DNA of 64,000 nt from Escherichia coli (GTDB lineage Bacteria; Pseudomonadota; Gammaproteobacteria; Enterobacterales; Enterobacteriaceae). The notes beneath the pieces are model-generated. The model was given only the letters and a program-made list of their open reading frames with translations, ran no database searches and was not told where the DNA came from. Position 1 is the stretch's first letter; every line of letters starts with the position of its first letter. The stretch lies in assembly GCF_051903065.1 (NCBI RefSeq), contig NZ_CP178438.1; one strand, 5' to 3'. Made by a program: the position numbers and the translations under genes. Positions 36,649 to 45,658 of the stretch are shown piece by piece.

Positions 36649-39600
36649 ATGAAAACCTATATTTATCAGGACGAAAAATCACATAAATTCTGGGCGGTGG
36701 AGCAGCAGAGAAACGAGCTGCATATCAACTGGGGCAAAGTCGGCACTAACGGGCAAAGTCAGGTAAAAAGCTTTGCTGATGCTGCGGCGGCAGAAAAAGC
36801 GGAACTGAAGCTGATTGCGGAGAAGGTGAAGAAGGGGTATGTGGAAGAATTATCTTCACCATCCCAACCCGCAATCAAAATAGAAACGATCGAAGTAGAT
36901 ACAGCTGACGTGGCAGAAACCAAAGTCGTATTTGACCAAAGTATGGTTGTTGAACCTGCTGAGACACCATGCCCGTGGCTGACAGATGATTCCACTATCC
37001 ATCTATCGGAGAAAAAGTCTCAGGGGGCCTTACCTTCCCGACGTTTTCCTGGGGATGCTGTAAGCGAACCACAAGACAGCCTCCTTATGAATTTAGGTCA
37101 GGATATTCATAATCTATCAGGAAAATTAACAACATACGATTTCAGTGCATGTTCTGCTAACTGGCAGCAGAATATCAATGAAGCTCTCGCTAATGGTCCA
37201 CTTTCTCCTGCTGCGTTGGCTGTACAGGTTGTTCTGGTTTCACGTAAATTCTGGGGCGAATGCCCTGAACTCATGGATGAAATTGTCTATGTCTACGGAC
37301 TAGAATTTGCCGTGGATATGTTTATTGCCATGCAATATATCTCGTTCGATTGCACTTATCACAGAACAAGCATACACATAACTTTTCAGCCATTATTAAT
37401 CCACGCACATTGTGTTACCCCCTTTGACGTTCGACTGCGTAAACATTTGGCTCTAGCAGAAGAAACTTTGTGGCAACGCTGTGTAGATAAATTCATTACA
37501 GCTTTGCCTGATATTCCTCCCGTTCAACAACCGATGGTAGCGCTAATGCTACCGGAACGCCCGGAGATTGCAGAAGAAGTCGCACGACGGTTACTGGAGC
37601 AGAAAAATGGCCACACTGTTGAATGGCTGAAACTTGTTGTACAAGAATCTTCCTTGCTCAAAGCACTGGAATCTTATTGCGCGTACGACCTTTTTAATGA
37701 CTATTACCATGGTTGCATCTGGAATGTCACCGTTTTGCAGGAGCAAGGGATTGCCGGAATCGCTCGCTTCGCCCCCTATGCTTATGCTGATCTTTGCGGA
37801 AGTATTCTCGCAGAGATCAATCACCCACAAGCATTAATGCTACTTATACGTGTGTCTGGCAAAACTAAACGCTGCCATGAACGAATGACTACGGCTTGCG
37901 CTGCGTTCCCACACGCAGCACTGGCAGCACTGGCGGAACTTCTAGTGCAAAAAGAAGAGAATAGTTGGCGCATTATGCTAATGACGATGCTTATCTCGCA
38001 ACCGACACTAGCAGAACAGGTCATTCCCTGGCTTTCGACACCCGCAGTTGCAGTGCTGAAATCATGCCAGCAACAACTGACACAGCCCTCAAACCATGCC
38101 TGCGTCGATCTACTGCCTGCCGTATTAGTCTCACCGCCCTGGCTTTCGAAAAAGAAAAAATCTGTAATGCCGGTATTGGATTTAACGCCATTACCGTTGG
38201 AGTCATGCTGTACATTGACCGAGACGGCAGAAAAAGAGATTCATGCAAGGCATCGCTGGCACGCACATCAAATAGACATCGGCCAAAAAGAGGATATTCA
38301 GAACTACCTGGCACGTCTGGGTTTCAATCGCTGGAATAATGGCCAGTATATGAAAGCGCCTGATGCTGCTATAGAGCTCTGGCAAAGGGGAGATTATTCC
38401 GCGCTGATCAGCGAATTTAAAACCTTCTGGCACTCCTATCAACGGGAATGGCAGCTTTACATGTTAGCCGCCCTGCCTATCGAAAAGACAGCGCAGGCGT
38501 GGAATGTCCTCAGTAAAGAGCCACACGTCGGTGTCGAGTTTGTCATGACGCACCTGCAACTCACTGGGTTACAGGGTTTTATTCACTCCTTTTCACGCTA
38601 CCCGCAAGAAGCTCTGCCTGTAGCACAATATTTTGCGGCTATCGAATTAGCGCCACTGATCGCCCGTGCCTTCAACAAACTCAAAACCCTACGACAAGAC
38701 GCCCGTAGCTGGCTGCTAAAATACCCGGAACACGCCATAACCGGCCTGCTGCCTTCGGCGCTCGGCAAAGCCGGTGAAGCACAGGATAACGCTCGCGCTG
38801 CCTTACGTATGCTTACCGAAAACGGTCATCAGCCATTACTGCAAGAAATCGCCCGGCGTTATAACCAGCCGGAAGTAACCGACGCGGTGAACGCTCTGCT
38901 TGCGCTCGATCCCTTAGATAATCACCCGACAAAAATCCCCACTCTTCCGGCCTTTTATCAGCCATCGCTCTGGACGCGCCCGGTATTAAATACAAACGCC
39001 CAATCACTGCCAGATAGCGCACTCCAGCACCTCGGTGAAATGCTCCGCTTCCCTCAGGAAGAGGCCCTGTATCCGGGATTATTGCAGGTGAAAGATGCCT
39101 GTACCGCCGACTCACTGGCTGAATTTGCCTGGGATCTGTTTACCGCCTGGTTGACTGCGGGCGCACCGTCGAAAGAGAGTTGGGCGTTCACTGCGTTAGG
39201 CGTTCTTGGTAACGATGACACCGCCCGCAAACTGACGCCATTAATACGCGCCTGGCCTGGTGAATCCCAGCATAAACGCGCCACCGTTGGGTTGGATATT
39301 CTCGCCGCTATCGGTAGTGATATCGCCCTGATGCAGCTTAACGGTATTGCCCAGAAACTGAAATTCAAAGCATTACAGGAGCGGGCAAAAGAAAAAATTG
39401 CCGACATTGCCGAAAGCCGCGAACTCACGGTGGCAGAGCTTGAAGATCGGTTAGCACCGGATCTCGGTCTGGATGATAACGGTTCGTTGCTGCTGGATTT
39501 CGGCTCACGCCAGTTCACCGTCAGCTTTGATGAAACCTTAAAACCGTTTGTGCGTGATGTTTCTGGCAGCCGTCTGAAAGACCTGCCCAAACCAAACAAA

Positions 39601-40398
39601 AGCGATGATGAATCACAGGCGAACGATGCTGTTAACCGCTACAAATTGCTGAAAAAAGATGCGCGTACCGTCGCCGCCCAGCAGGTAGCAAGGCTGGAAT
39701 CCGCCATGTGCCTGCGCCGCCGCTGGTCGCCGGAAAACTTCCAGCTCTTCCTGGTTGAGCATCCGTTGGTTCGCCACTTAACCCGCCGTCTGATTTGGGG
39801 TGTTTATAGCGCCGAAAACCAGCTACTGGCTTGCTTTCGCGTAGCGGAAGATAACAGCTACAGTACCGCTGACGATGATCTTTTCACCCTGCCGGAAGGC
39901 GATATCTCTATCGGCATTCCTCACGTTCTGGAAATATCACCAACGGATGCTGCCGCCTTTGGTCAGCTTTTTGCCGACTACGAACTGCTACCACCGTTCC
40001 GTCAGCTTGACCGTAACAGTTACGCCCTGACAGAAGCCGAGCGCAACGCCAGCGAACTGACCCGCTGGGCAGGCAGAAAATGCCCGAGCGGTCGGGTCAT
40101 GGGGCTGGCGAATAAAGGCTGGATAAAGGGCACCCCGCAGGATGGAGGCTGGATCGGCTGGATGATCAAACCTCTCGGTCGCTGGTCGTTAATCATGGAA
40201 ATCGATGAAGGTTTTGCGGTAGGCATGTCGCCAGCCGAACTGAGTGCCGAGCAGCTCTTAAGCAAGCTGTGGCTATGGGAAGGCAAAGCAGAAAGCTATG
40301 GCTGGGGGAGTAATTCAACACAGGAAGCGCAGCTCTCCGTACTCGATGCCATCACCGCCAGCGAGCTGATTAACGATATTGAAGCTCTGTTTGAATAA
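36649..40398 (+). CDS. Giant WGR-domain / DUF4132-family protein (molR/yehI paralog), intact
   Basis: 1249 aa; N-terminal 66 aa near-identical to the upstream gene (MKTYIYQDEKSHKFWAVEQQ...WGKVG); 12-bp gap from upstream gene. Confidence 0.8.
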   Translation: MKTYIYQDEKSHKFWAVEQQRNELHINWGKVGTNGQSQVKSFADAAAAEKAELKLIAEKVKKGYVEELSSPSQPAIKIETIEVDTADVAETKVVFDQSMVVEPAETPCPWLTDDSTIHLSEKKSQGALPSRRFPGDAVSEPQDSLLMNLGQDIHNLSGKLTTYDFSACSANWQQNINEALANGPLSPAALAVQVVLVSRKFWGECPELMDEIVYVYGLEFAVDMFIAMQYISFDCTYHRTSIHITFQPLLIHAHCVTPFDVRLRKHLALAEETLWQRCVDKFITALPDIPPVQQPMVALMLPERPEIAEEVARRLLEQKNGHTVEWLKLVVQESSLLKALESYCAYDLFNDYYHGCIWNVTVLQEQGIAGIARFAPYAYADLCGSILAEINHPQALMLLIRVSGKTKRCHERMTTACAAFPHAALAALAELLVQKEENSWRIMLMTMLISQPTLAEQVIPWLSTPAVAVLKSCQQQLTQPSNHACVDLLPAVLVSPPWLSKKKKSVMPVLDLTPLPLESCCTLTETAEKEIHARHRWHAHQIDIGQKEDIQNYLARLGFNRWNNGQYMKAPDAAIELWQRGDYSALISEFKTFWHSYQREWQLYMLAALPIEKTAQAWNVLSKEPHVGVEFVMTHLQLTGLQGFIHSFSRYPQEALPVAQYFAAIELAPLIARAFNKLKTLRQDARSWLLKYPEHAITGLLPSALGKAGEAQDNARAALRMLTENGHQPLLQEIARRYNQPEVTDAVNALLALDPLDNHPTKIPTLPAFYQPSLWTRPVLNTNAQSLPDSALQHLGEMLRFPQEEALYPGLLQVKDACTADSLAEFAWDLFTAWLTAGAPSKESWAFTALGVLGNDDTARKLTPLIRAWPGESQHKRATVGLDILAAIGSDIALMQLNGIAQKLKFKALQERAKEKIADIAESRELTVAELEDRLAPDLGLDDNGSLLLDFGSRQFTVSFDETLKPFVRDVSGSRLKDLPKPNKSDDESQANDAVNRYKLLKKDARTVAAQQVARLESAMCLRRRWSPENFQLFLVEHPLVRHLTRRLIWGVYSAENQLLACFRVAEDNSYSTADDDLFTLPEGDISIGIPHVLEISPTDAAAFGQLFADYELLPPFRQLDRNSYALTEAERNASELTRWAGRKCPSGRVMGLANKGWIKGTPQDGGWIGWMIKPLGRWSLIMEIDEGFAVGMSPAELSAEQLLSKLWLWEGKAESYGWGSNSTQEAQLSVLDAITASELINDIEALFE

Positions 40399-40407
40399 GG
40401 AAAGAGC

Positions 40408-43400
40408 ATGGACAAGGAATTACCGTGGCTGGCGGATAACGCCCAAGTGGAACTGAAATATAAAAAAGGCAAAACACCACTCAGCCATCGCAATTGGCCG
40501 GGCGAACCGGTGCCTGTTATCACTGAAAGCCTCATCCAGACACTGGGTGATGAATTGCTACAAAAAGCAGAGAAGAAAAAAAACATTGTCTGGCGTTATG
40601 AAAATTTTTCACTGGAGTGGCAGTCCGCCATTACGCAGGCCATCAACTTGATCGGCGAACACAAACCCTCAGTCCCGGCCCGCACAATGGCGGCGCTAGC
40701 CTGTATCGCGCAAAATGACAGCCAACAGTTGCTCGACGAAATCGTCCAACAAGAGGGGCTGGAATATGCGACTGAGGTGGTGATTGCACGCCAGTTTATT
40801 GCACGGTGTTATGAAAGTGATCCTCTGGTAGTCACATTGCAGTATCAGAACGAGGACTATGGCTATGGTTATCGCTCAGAAACCTATAACGAATTCGATC
40901 TCCGACTGCGTAAACACCTCTCTCTGGCAGAGGAAAGCTGCTGGCAGCGTTGCGCCGACAAACTCATTGCCGCACTGCCAGGAATAACCAAAGTTCGCCG
41001 TCCTTTTATTGCGCTGATCCTCCCGGAAAAGCCTGAAATAGCCAATGAACTCGCCAGTCTTGAAAGCTCCCGGTCAAGTCTCCATTCAAAGGAGTGGTTA
41101 AAGGTCGTTGCTACTGATAATACGGCGGTAAAAAAACTCGAACGATACTGGGGCCTGGACGTATTTAGCGATCGCGAAGCCAGCTACATGTCACAAAAAA
41201 ACCACTTCGGCTACGCGGCCTGCGCCGCCCTTTTGCGCGAACAAGGACTGGCAGCCATTCCGCGCCTCGCGATGTATGCCCATAAAGAAGATTGCGGCAG
41301 TCTGTTGGTACAAATTAACCATCCGCAGGTCATCCACACCTTGCTACTGGTGGCTGATAAAAACAAACCCAGCCTGCAACGTGTGGCTAAATACAGTAAA
41401 AACTTCCCCCACGCGACGCTCGCGGCACTGGCAGAACTGCTGGCGTTAAAAGAACCACCAGCCCGCCCTGGTTATCCAATCATCGAAGACAAAAAGCTGC
41501 CTGCCCAGCAAAAAGCACGCGATGAATACTGGCGTACGCTGTTACAAACGCTGATGGCATCGCAGCCACAACTGGTAGAAGAGGTGATGCAGTGGTTAAG
41601 TACTCAAGCCCGGGCAGTACTGAATAGTTATTTATTGGCACCGCCCAAACCGGTTATTGATGGCACCGATAACAGCAATCTGCCTGAAATCCTCGTTTCA
41701 CCACCGTGGCGTAGTAAGAAAAAAATGACAGCTCCACGTCTTGATTTGGCACCGCTCGAATTAACCCCGCAAGTTTACTGGCAACCAGGCGAACAAGAGA
41801 GGCTTGCCTCCACTGAGTCTGCCCGTTATTTCAGCACGGAATCTCTTGCGGAACGCATGGAACAAAAAAGTGGGCGAGTTGTATTACAGGAACTGGGTTT
41901 TGGGGATGATGTATGGCTGTTTCTGAATTATATACTCCCCGGAAAACTGGATGCTGCACGCAATTCACTCATTGTTCAGTGGCATTACTACCAGGGGCGG
42001 GTTGAAGAGATCCTGAATGGCTGGAACTCCCCGGAAGCACAATTAGCAGAACAGGCGCTCCGCAGCGGTCACATAGAAGCGTTAATTAACATATGGGAAA
42101 ATGACAACTACTCACGTTATCGTCCGGAAAAGAGTGTCTGGAACCTGTATTTATTGGCACAGTTGCCGCGTGAGATGGCTTTGACCTTCTGGCTGCGTAT
42201 CAATGAGAAAAAACATCTGTTCGCGGGTGAGGACTATTTTCTCAGTATCCTCGGATTGGATGCGCTACCAGGTCTGCTGTTGGCTTTTTTACATCGTCCA
42301 AAAGAAACATTTCCGTTAATTTTAAATTTTGGCGCAACAGAACTGGCCCTGCCCGTTGCCCGCGTCTGGCACCGTTTTGCGGGCCAGCGTAATCTGGCTC
42401 GCCAGTGGATTTTACAATGGCCGGAACATACGGCTACTGCACTTATCCCTCTTGTCTTTATCAAACCCAGCGATAATAGCGAAGCCGCATTACTTGCCCT
42501 GCGTTTACTGTACGAACAGGGACATGGCGAGTTGCTGCAAACCGTGGCAAACCGCTGGCAACGCGCTGATGTATGGCCTGCCCTGGAGCAGTTGCTTAAA
42601 CAGGGTCCAATGGACATTTACCCGGCACGCATTCCAAAAGCCCCTGATTTCTGGCATCCGCAAATGTGGTCCAGGCCGCGCCTTATCACTAATAATCAAC
42701 CTGTTACCGATGACGCTCTGGAAATTATCGGCGAAATGCTGCGCTTTACCCAGGGGGGACGTTTTTATAGCGGTCTGGAACAACTGAAAACGTTTTGCCA
42801 GCCACAAACGCTGGCCGCTTTTGCCTGGGATCTCTTCACTGCGTGGCAACAAGCTGGTGCCCCCGCAAAAGACAACTGGGCATTTCTGGCGTTAAGTCTC
42901 TTTGGTGACGAAAGCACGGCTCGGGATCTGACGACACAGATCCTCGCCTGGCCACAAGAAGGCAAATCTGCCCGTGCTGTCAGCGGCCTGAACATCCTTA
43001 CCCTGATGAATAATGATATGGCGCTGATGCAGCTGCATCATATATCGCAACGGGCTAAATCCCGCCCCTTACGTGATAACGCGGCGGAATTTCTTCAGGT
43101 GGTCGCAGAAAATCGCGGGCTAAGCCAGGAAGAGCTAGCGGACAGATTAGTCCCAATCCTGGGCCTTGATGATCCGCAGGCGTTGAGTTTTGATTTTGAT
43201 CCCCGGCAGTTTACCGTTCGCTTCGATGAAAACCTCAACCCGGTTATCTTTGATCAGCAAAACGTTCGCCAGAAAAGTGTTCCCCGGTTGCGTGCCGATG
43301 ACGATCAACTGAAAGCGCCCGAGGCACTGGCCCGACTAAAAGGGCTAAAAAAAGATGCTACTCAGGTGAGCAAAAACCTGCTCCCGCGTCTTGAAGCTGC

Positions 43401-44040
43401 CCTACGTACCACCCGACGCTGGTCGCTGGCAGATTTTCATTCTCTGTTTGTTAATCATCCCTTTACCCGCCTGGTTACCCAGCGATTAATATGGGGGGGT
43501 TATCCGGCAAATGAACCGCGTCGTTTACTCAACGCCTTTCGTGTGGCCGCAGAGGGGGAGTTCTGCAATGCGCAGGATGAGCCCATTGACCTTCCTGCGG
43601 ATGCTCTGATTGGCATTGCCCACCCGTTAGAAATGACAGCAGAAATGCGCAGTGAATTTGCACAGCTTTTTGCCGATTACGAAATTATGCCGCCTTTTCG
43701 CCAGTTGTCGCGCCGCACGGTGCTGCTCACACCTGACGAGTCAACCAGTAACAGCCTGACTCGCTGGGAAGGTAAATCCGCTACCGTTGGGCAACTTATG
43801 GGAATGCGATACAAAGGCTGGGAATCAGGCTATGAGGACGCATTTGTCTATGACCTGGGTGAGTACCGGCTGGTCCTTAAGTTTTCACCCGGTTTTAACC
43901 ACTACAATGTTGATAGCAAAGCGCTAATGAGCTTCCGTTCTCTTCGAGTGTACCGTGACAATAAATCCGTCACTTTTGCCGAACTTGATGTGTTTGATTT
44001 GAGAGAGGCGTTAAGCGCACCTGACGTCATTTTCCATTAA
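40408..44040 (+). CDS. yehI: Giant DUF4132-family protein YehI (paralog lacking the N-terminal WGR module)
   Basis: 1210 aa; shares conserved C-terminal blocks with the two upstream genes (e.g. DDTARKLTPLIRAWPGESQHKRA-like, RRWS..F..FLVEHP..R); 9-bp gap from upstream gene. Confidence 0.8.
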   Translation: MDKELPWLADNAQVELKYKKGKTPLSHRNWPGEPVPVITESLIQTLGDELLQKAEKKKNIVWRYENFSLEWQSAITQAINLIGEHKPSVPARTMAALACIAQNDSQQLLDEIVQQEGLEYATEVVIARQFIARCYESDPLVVTLQYQNEDYGYGYRSETYNEFDLRLRKHLSLAEESCWQRCADKLIAALPGITKVRRPFIALILPEKPEIANELASLESSRSSLHSKEWLKVVATDNTAVKKLERYWGLDVFSDREASYMSQKNHFGYAACAALLREQGLAAIPRLAMYAHKEDCGSLLVQINHPQVIHTLLLVADKNKPSLQRVAKYSKNFPHATLAALAELLALKEPPARPGYPIIEDKKLPAQQKARDEYWRTLLQTLMASQPQLVEEVMQWLSTQARAVLNSYLLAPPKPVIDGTDNSNLPEILVSPPWRSKKKMTAPRLDLAPLELTPQVYWQPGEQERLASTESARYFSTESLAERMEQKSGRVVLQELGFGDDVWLFLNYILPGKLDAARNSLIVQWHYYQGRVEEILNGWNSPEAQLAEQALRSGHIEALINIWENDNYSRYRPEKSVWNLYLLAQLPREMALTFWLRINEKKHLFAGEDYFLSILGLDALPGLLLAFLHRPKETFPLILNFGATELALPVARVWHRFAGQRNLARQWILQWPEHTATALIPLVFIKPSDNSEAALLALRLLYEQGHGELLQTVANRWQRADVWPALEQLLKQGPMDIYPARIPKAPDFWHPQMWSRPRLITNNQPVTDDALEIIGEMLRFTQGGRFYSGLEQLKTFCQPQTLAAFAWDLFTAWQQAGAPAKDNWAFLALSLFGDESTARDLTTQILAWPQEGKSARAVSGLNILTLMNNDMALMQLHHISQRAKSRPLRDNAAEFLQVVAENRGLSQEELADRLVPILGLDDPQALSFDFDPRQFTVRFDENLNPVIFDQQNVRQKSVPRLRADDDQLKAPEALARLKGLKKDATQVSKNLLPRLEAALRTTRRWSLADFHSLFVNHPFTRLVTQRLIWGGYPANEPRRLLNAFRVAAEGEFCNAQDEPIDLPADALIGIAHPLEMTAEMRSEFAQLFADYEIMPPFRQLSRRTVLLTPDESTSNSLTRWEGKSATVGQLMGMRYKGWESGYEDAFVYDLGEYRLVLKFSPGFNHYNVDSKALMSFRSLRVYRDNKSVTFAELDVFDLREALSAPDVIFH

Positions 44041-44100
44041 AACACAGCGGGCAGTGATGCAACTGCCTGTTATTAACACGACTTACCAGCGGGGAAAGCG

Positions 44101-44418
44101 ATGATCGTGCAAAAAGAGCTGGTTGCTATTTACGATTATGAGGTCCCTGTACCTGAAGATCCGTTTTCCTTCAGACTTGAGATCCATAAATGCTCTGAAT
44201 TATTTACAGGTTCCGTCTATCGACGGGAGCGATTCCGGCTACATCCAACATTTCATCAACGTGATCGAGAAGATGCTGACCCGCTAATAAATGATGCGTT
44301 GATTTATATAAGAGATGAGTGTATTGATGAGCGGAAATTACGAGGTAAATCACCTGAAACTGTAATAGCAATTTTTAATCGTGAACTACAGAATATATTC
44401 AACCAAGAAATAGAATAA
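44101..44418 (+). CDS. yehK: Small hypothetical protein YehK
   Basis: 105-aa ORF, AT-rich, immediately downstream of yehI. Confidence 0.7.
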   Translation: MIVQKELVAIYDYEVPVPEDPFSFRLEIHKCSELFTGSVYRRERFRLHPTFHQRDREDADPLINDALIYIRDECIDERKLRGKSPETVIAIFNRELQNIFNQEIE

Positions 44419-44527
44419 TATACTCTAGATAATTCAAGTCGCAGCACATGCAACTTGAAGTATGACGAGTATAGCTTTATTAAAGGGGGAAGCGGTTTTC
44501 CCCCTTAGATGCGTTTCAATTTGCCCG

Positions 44528-44617
44528 TTACTTCAACAAATCAATCAACCGTAACAGAGCCACTAATAACTCCAGTACGGCAATGAGCACGATTAACTTT
44601 TGTGTCAGCGTGTCCAT
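44528..44617 (-). CDS. Type I toxin, ZorO/ZorP-like 29-aa hydrophobic peptide (copy 1)
   Basis: Minus-strand ORF MDTLTQKLIVLIAVLELLVALLRLIDLLK with strong SD (taaggagagcggATG); downstream terminator hairpin gggggaa-gcgg-ttttccccc. Confidence 0.85.
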   Translation of the reverse strand: MDTLTQKLIVLIAVLELLVALLRLIDLLK

Positions 44618-44802
44618 CCGCTCTCCTTATTAAGGAGCGCAACACCAGCACCTTACCCTTACACTGCCTGTCGATACTGGTTTACGTATGTTGGTACGAA
44701 ACGTTGCTCTCCGGATCAGGGCACCGCCTGCGGCACCACCCGTCCAGCAGCCAGGACTTAAAATTGGTCCGATCCGGCACAACCTCCCAACGGGCAGGAT
44801 TA

Positions 44803-44849
44803 TAAATCTCATTCACTGAATTGCAATGGAGTGTGGATATGGTTATAAT
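44803..44849. promoter_or_regulatory. Back-to-back sigma70 promoters sharing one palindromic -35 hexamer TTGCAA (copy 1)
   Basis: -35 ttgcaa 44821-44826; rightward -10 tataat 44844-44849 (17-bp spacer) for orz; leftward -10 (plus-strand attata 44803-44808, 16-bp spacer) for zor. Confidence 0.55.
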
Positions 44850-44856
44850 TTATTCG

Positions 44857-44936
44857 TTGGTACGAAATGTTGCACAATCAGCAAGTTAGCGTCACTGTAG
44901 TAAATAAAAGAACCTGCCTCACCAGCAGGTTTTTTT
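44857..44936 (+). ncRNA. Orz-type antitoxin sRNA (copy 1)
   Basis: Starts after the tataat box, ends at hairpin acctgcctcaccagcaggt + T7; 5' region guugguacgaaauguugc pairs over 18 nt (one G.U) with the zor 5' UTR (plus 44693-44710); ends approximate. Confidence 0.65.
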
Positions 44937-45135
44937 ATTTTCTGCGATCTACTTTCCAGATATTTTTTGCCAATAGCCCACCATAAATATTCACATCCCG
45001 GTCAAATGGTGCGTTGAATATAAAATCGATGAACTTATAAATAAACATGAGTTATATGATGAATTAATAAAAACAGTAATCATTTTATTAAAGGGGGAAG
45101 CGGTTTTCCCCCTTAGATGCGTTTCAATTTGCCCG

Positions 45136-45225
45136 TTACTTCAACAAATCAATCAACCGTAACAGAGCTACTAATAGCTCCAGTACGGCAATGAGCACGG
45201 TTAACTTTTGTGTCAGCGTGTCCAT
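45136..45225 (-). CDS. zorO: Type I toxin ZorO-like 29-aa peptide (copy 2)
   Basis: Minus-strand ORF MDTLTQKLTVLIAVLELLVALLRLIDLLK (differs from copy 1 at residue 9, T vs I); assignment of zorO vs zorP to the two copies is uncertain. Confidence 0.8.
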   Translation of the reverse strand: MDTLTQKLTVLIAVLELLVALLRLIDLLK

Positions 45226-45406
45226 CCGCTCTCCTTATTAAGGAGCGCAACACCAGCACCTTACCCTTACACTGCCTGTCGATACTGGTTTACGTATGTT
45301 GGACCACGATGTTGCACTCCGGATCAGGGCACCACCTGCAGCACCACCCGTCCGGTAGCCAGGACTTGAAATAGGTTCGATCCGGCGCAACGTCCCAACG
45401 GTCTGG

Positions 45407-45457
45407 ATTATAAATCTCATTATCTTAATTGCAACGGGGTCCAGCCGTGGTTATAAT
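45407..45457. promoter_or_regulatory. Back-to-back sigma70 promoters sharing palindromic -35 TTGCAA (copy 2)
   Basis: -35 ttgcaa 45429-45434; rightward tataat 45452-45457; leftward -10 as plus-strand attata 45407-45412. Confidence 0.55.
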
Positions 45458-45464
45458 TCGTTCG

Positions 45465-45547
45465 TTGGAACACGATGTTGCACAGGCTGTGGTGTTAGGC
45501 CTGAAAATAGTAAATAAAAGAACCTGCCTCACCAGCAGGTTTTTTTA
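45465..45547 (+). ncRNA. Orz-type antitoxin sRNA (copy 2)
   Basis: guuggaacacgauguugcac complementary (one mismatch) to the copy-2 zor 5' UTR; terminator acctgcctcaccagcaggt + T-run; ends approximate. Confidence 0.65.
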
Positions 45548-45658
45548 TTTACTATGATCTGCTTTCCAGATATTTTTTGCTCAAACAACTAATGCGCCAA
45601 ACATTTATTGCGCGTAAAATATCGTTTATTTCATTAATACATTTCAGGGATGAATATA

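Larger units (their letters stand above)
44477..44970. repeat. Tandem direct repeat, unit 1 (~494 bp), zor-orz type I TA unit
   Basis: Near-identical to 45085..45580 (period ~608 bp, 114-bp spacer); contains toxin ORF, shared promoter hexamer and sRNA terminator. Confidence 0.9.
45085..45580. repeat. Tandem direct repeat, unit 2 (~496 bp), zor-orz type I TA unit
   Basis: Second copy of 44477..44970 with scattered substitutions. Confidence 0.9.

Noticed and set aside
44602-44812. 60 to 67-aa ORFs on both strands inside the zor-orz unit (44602..44805 +, 44630..44812 -, and 45238..45420 - in copy 2)
   Set aside because: They overlap the toxin 5' UTR and promoter region, lack SD sequences and are not conserved as protein between the two repeat copies; the region is better explained as UTR/sRNA.
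44477-45580. Possible CRISPR array, because of the direct repeats
   Set aside because: There are only two copies of a ~495-bp unit that itself contains an ORF and promoters; no short repeat-spacer periodicity and no cas genes.
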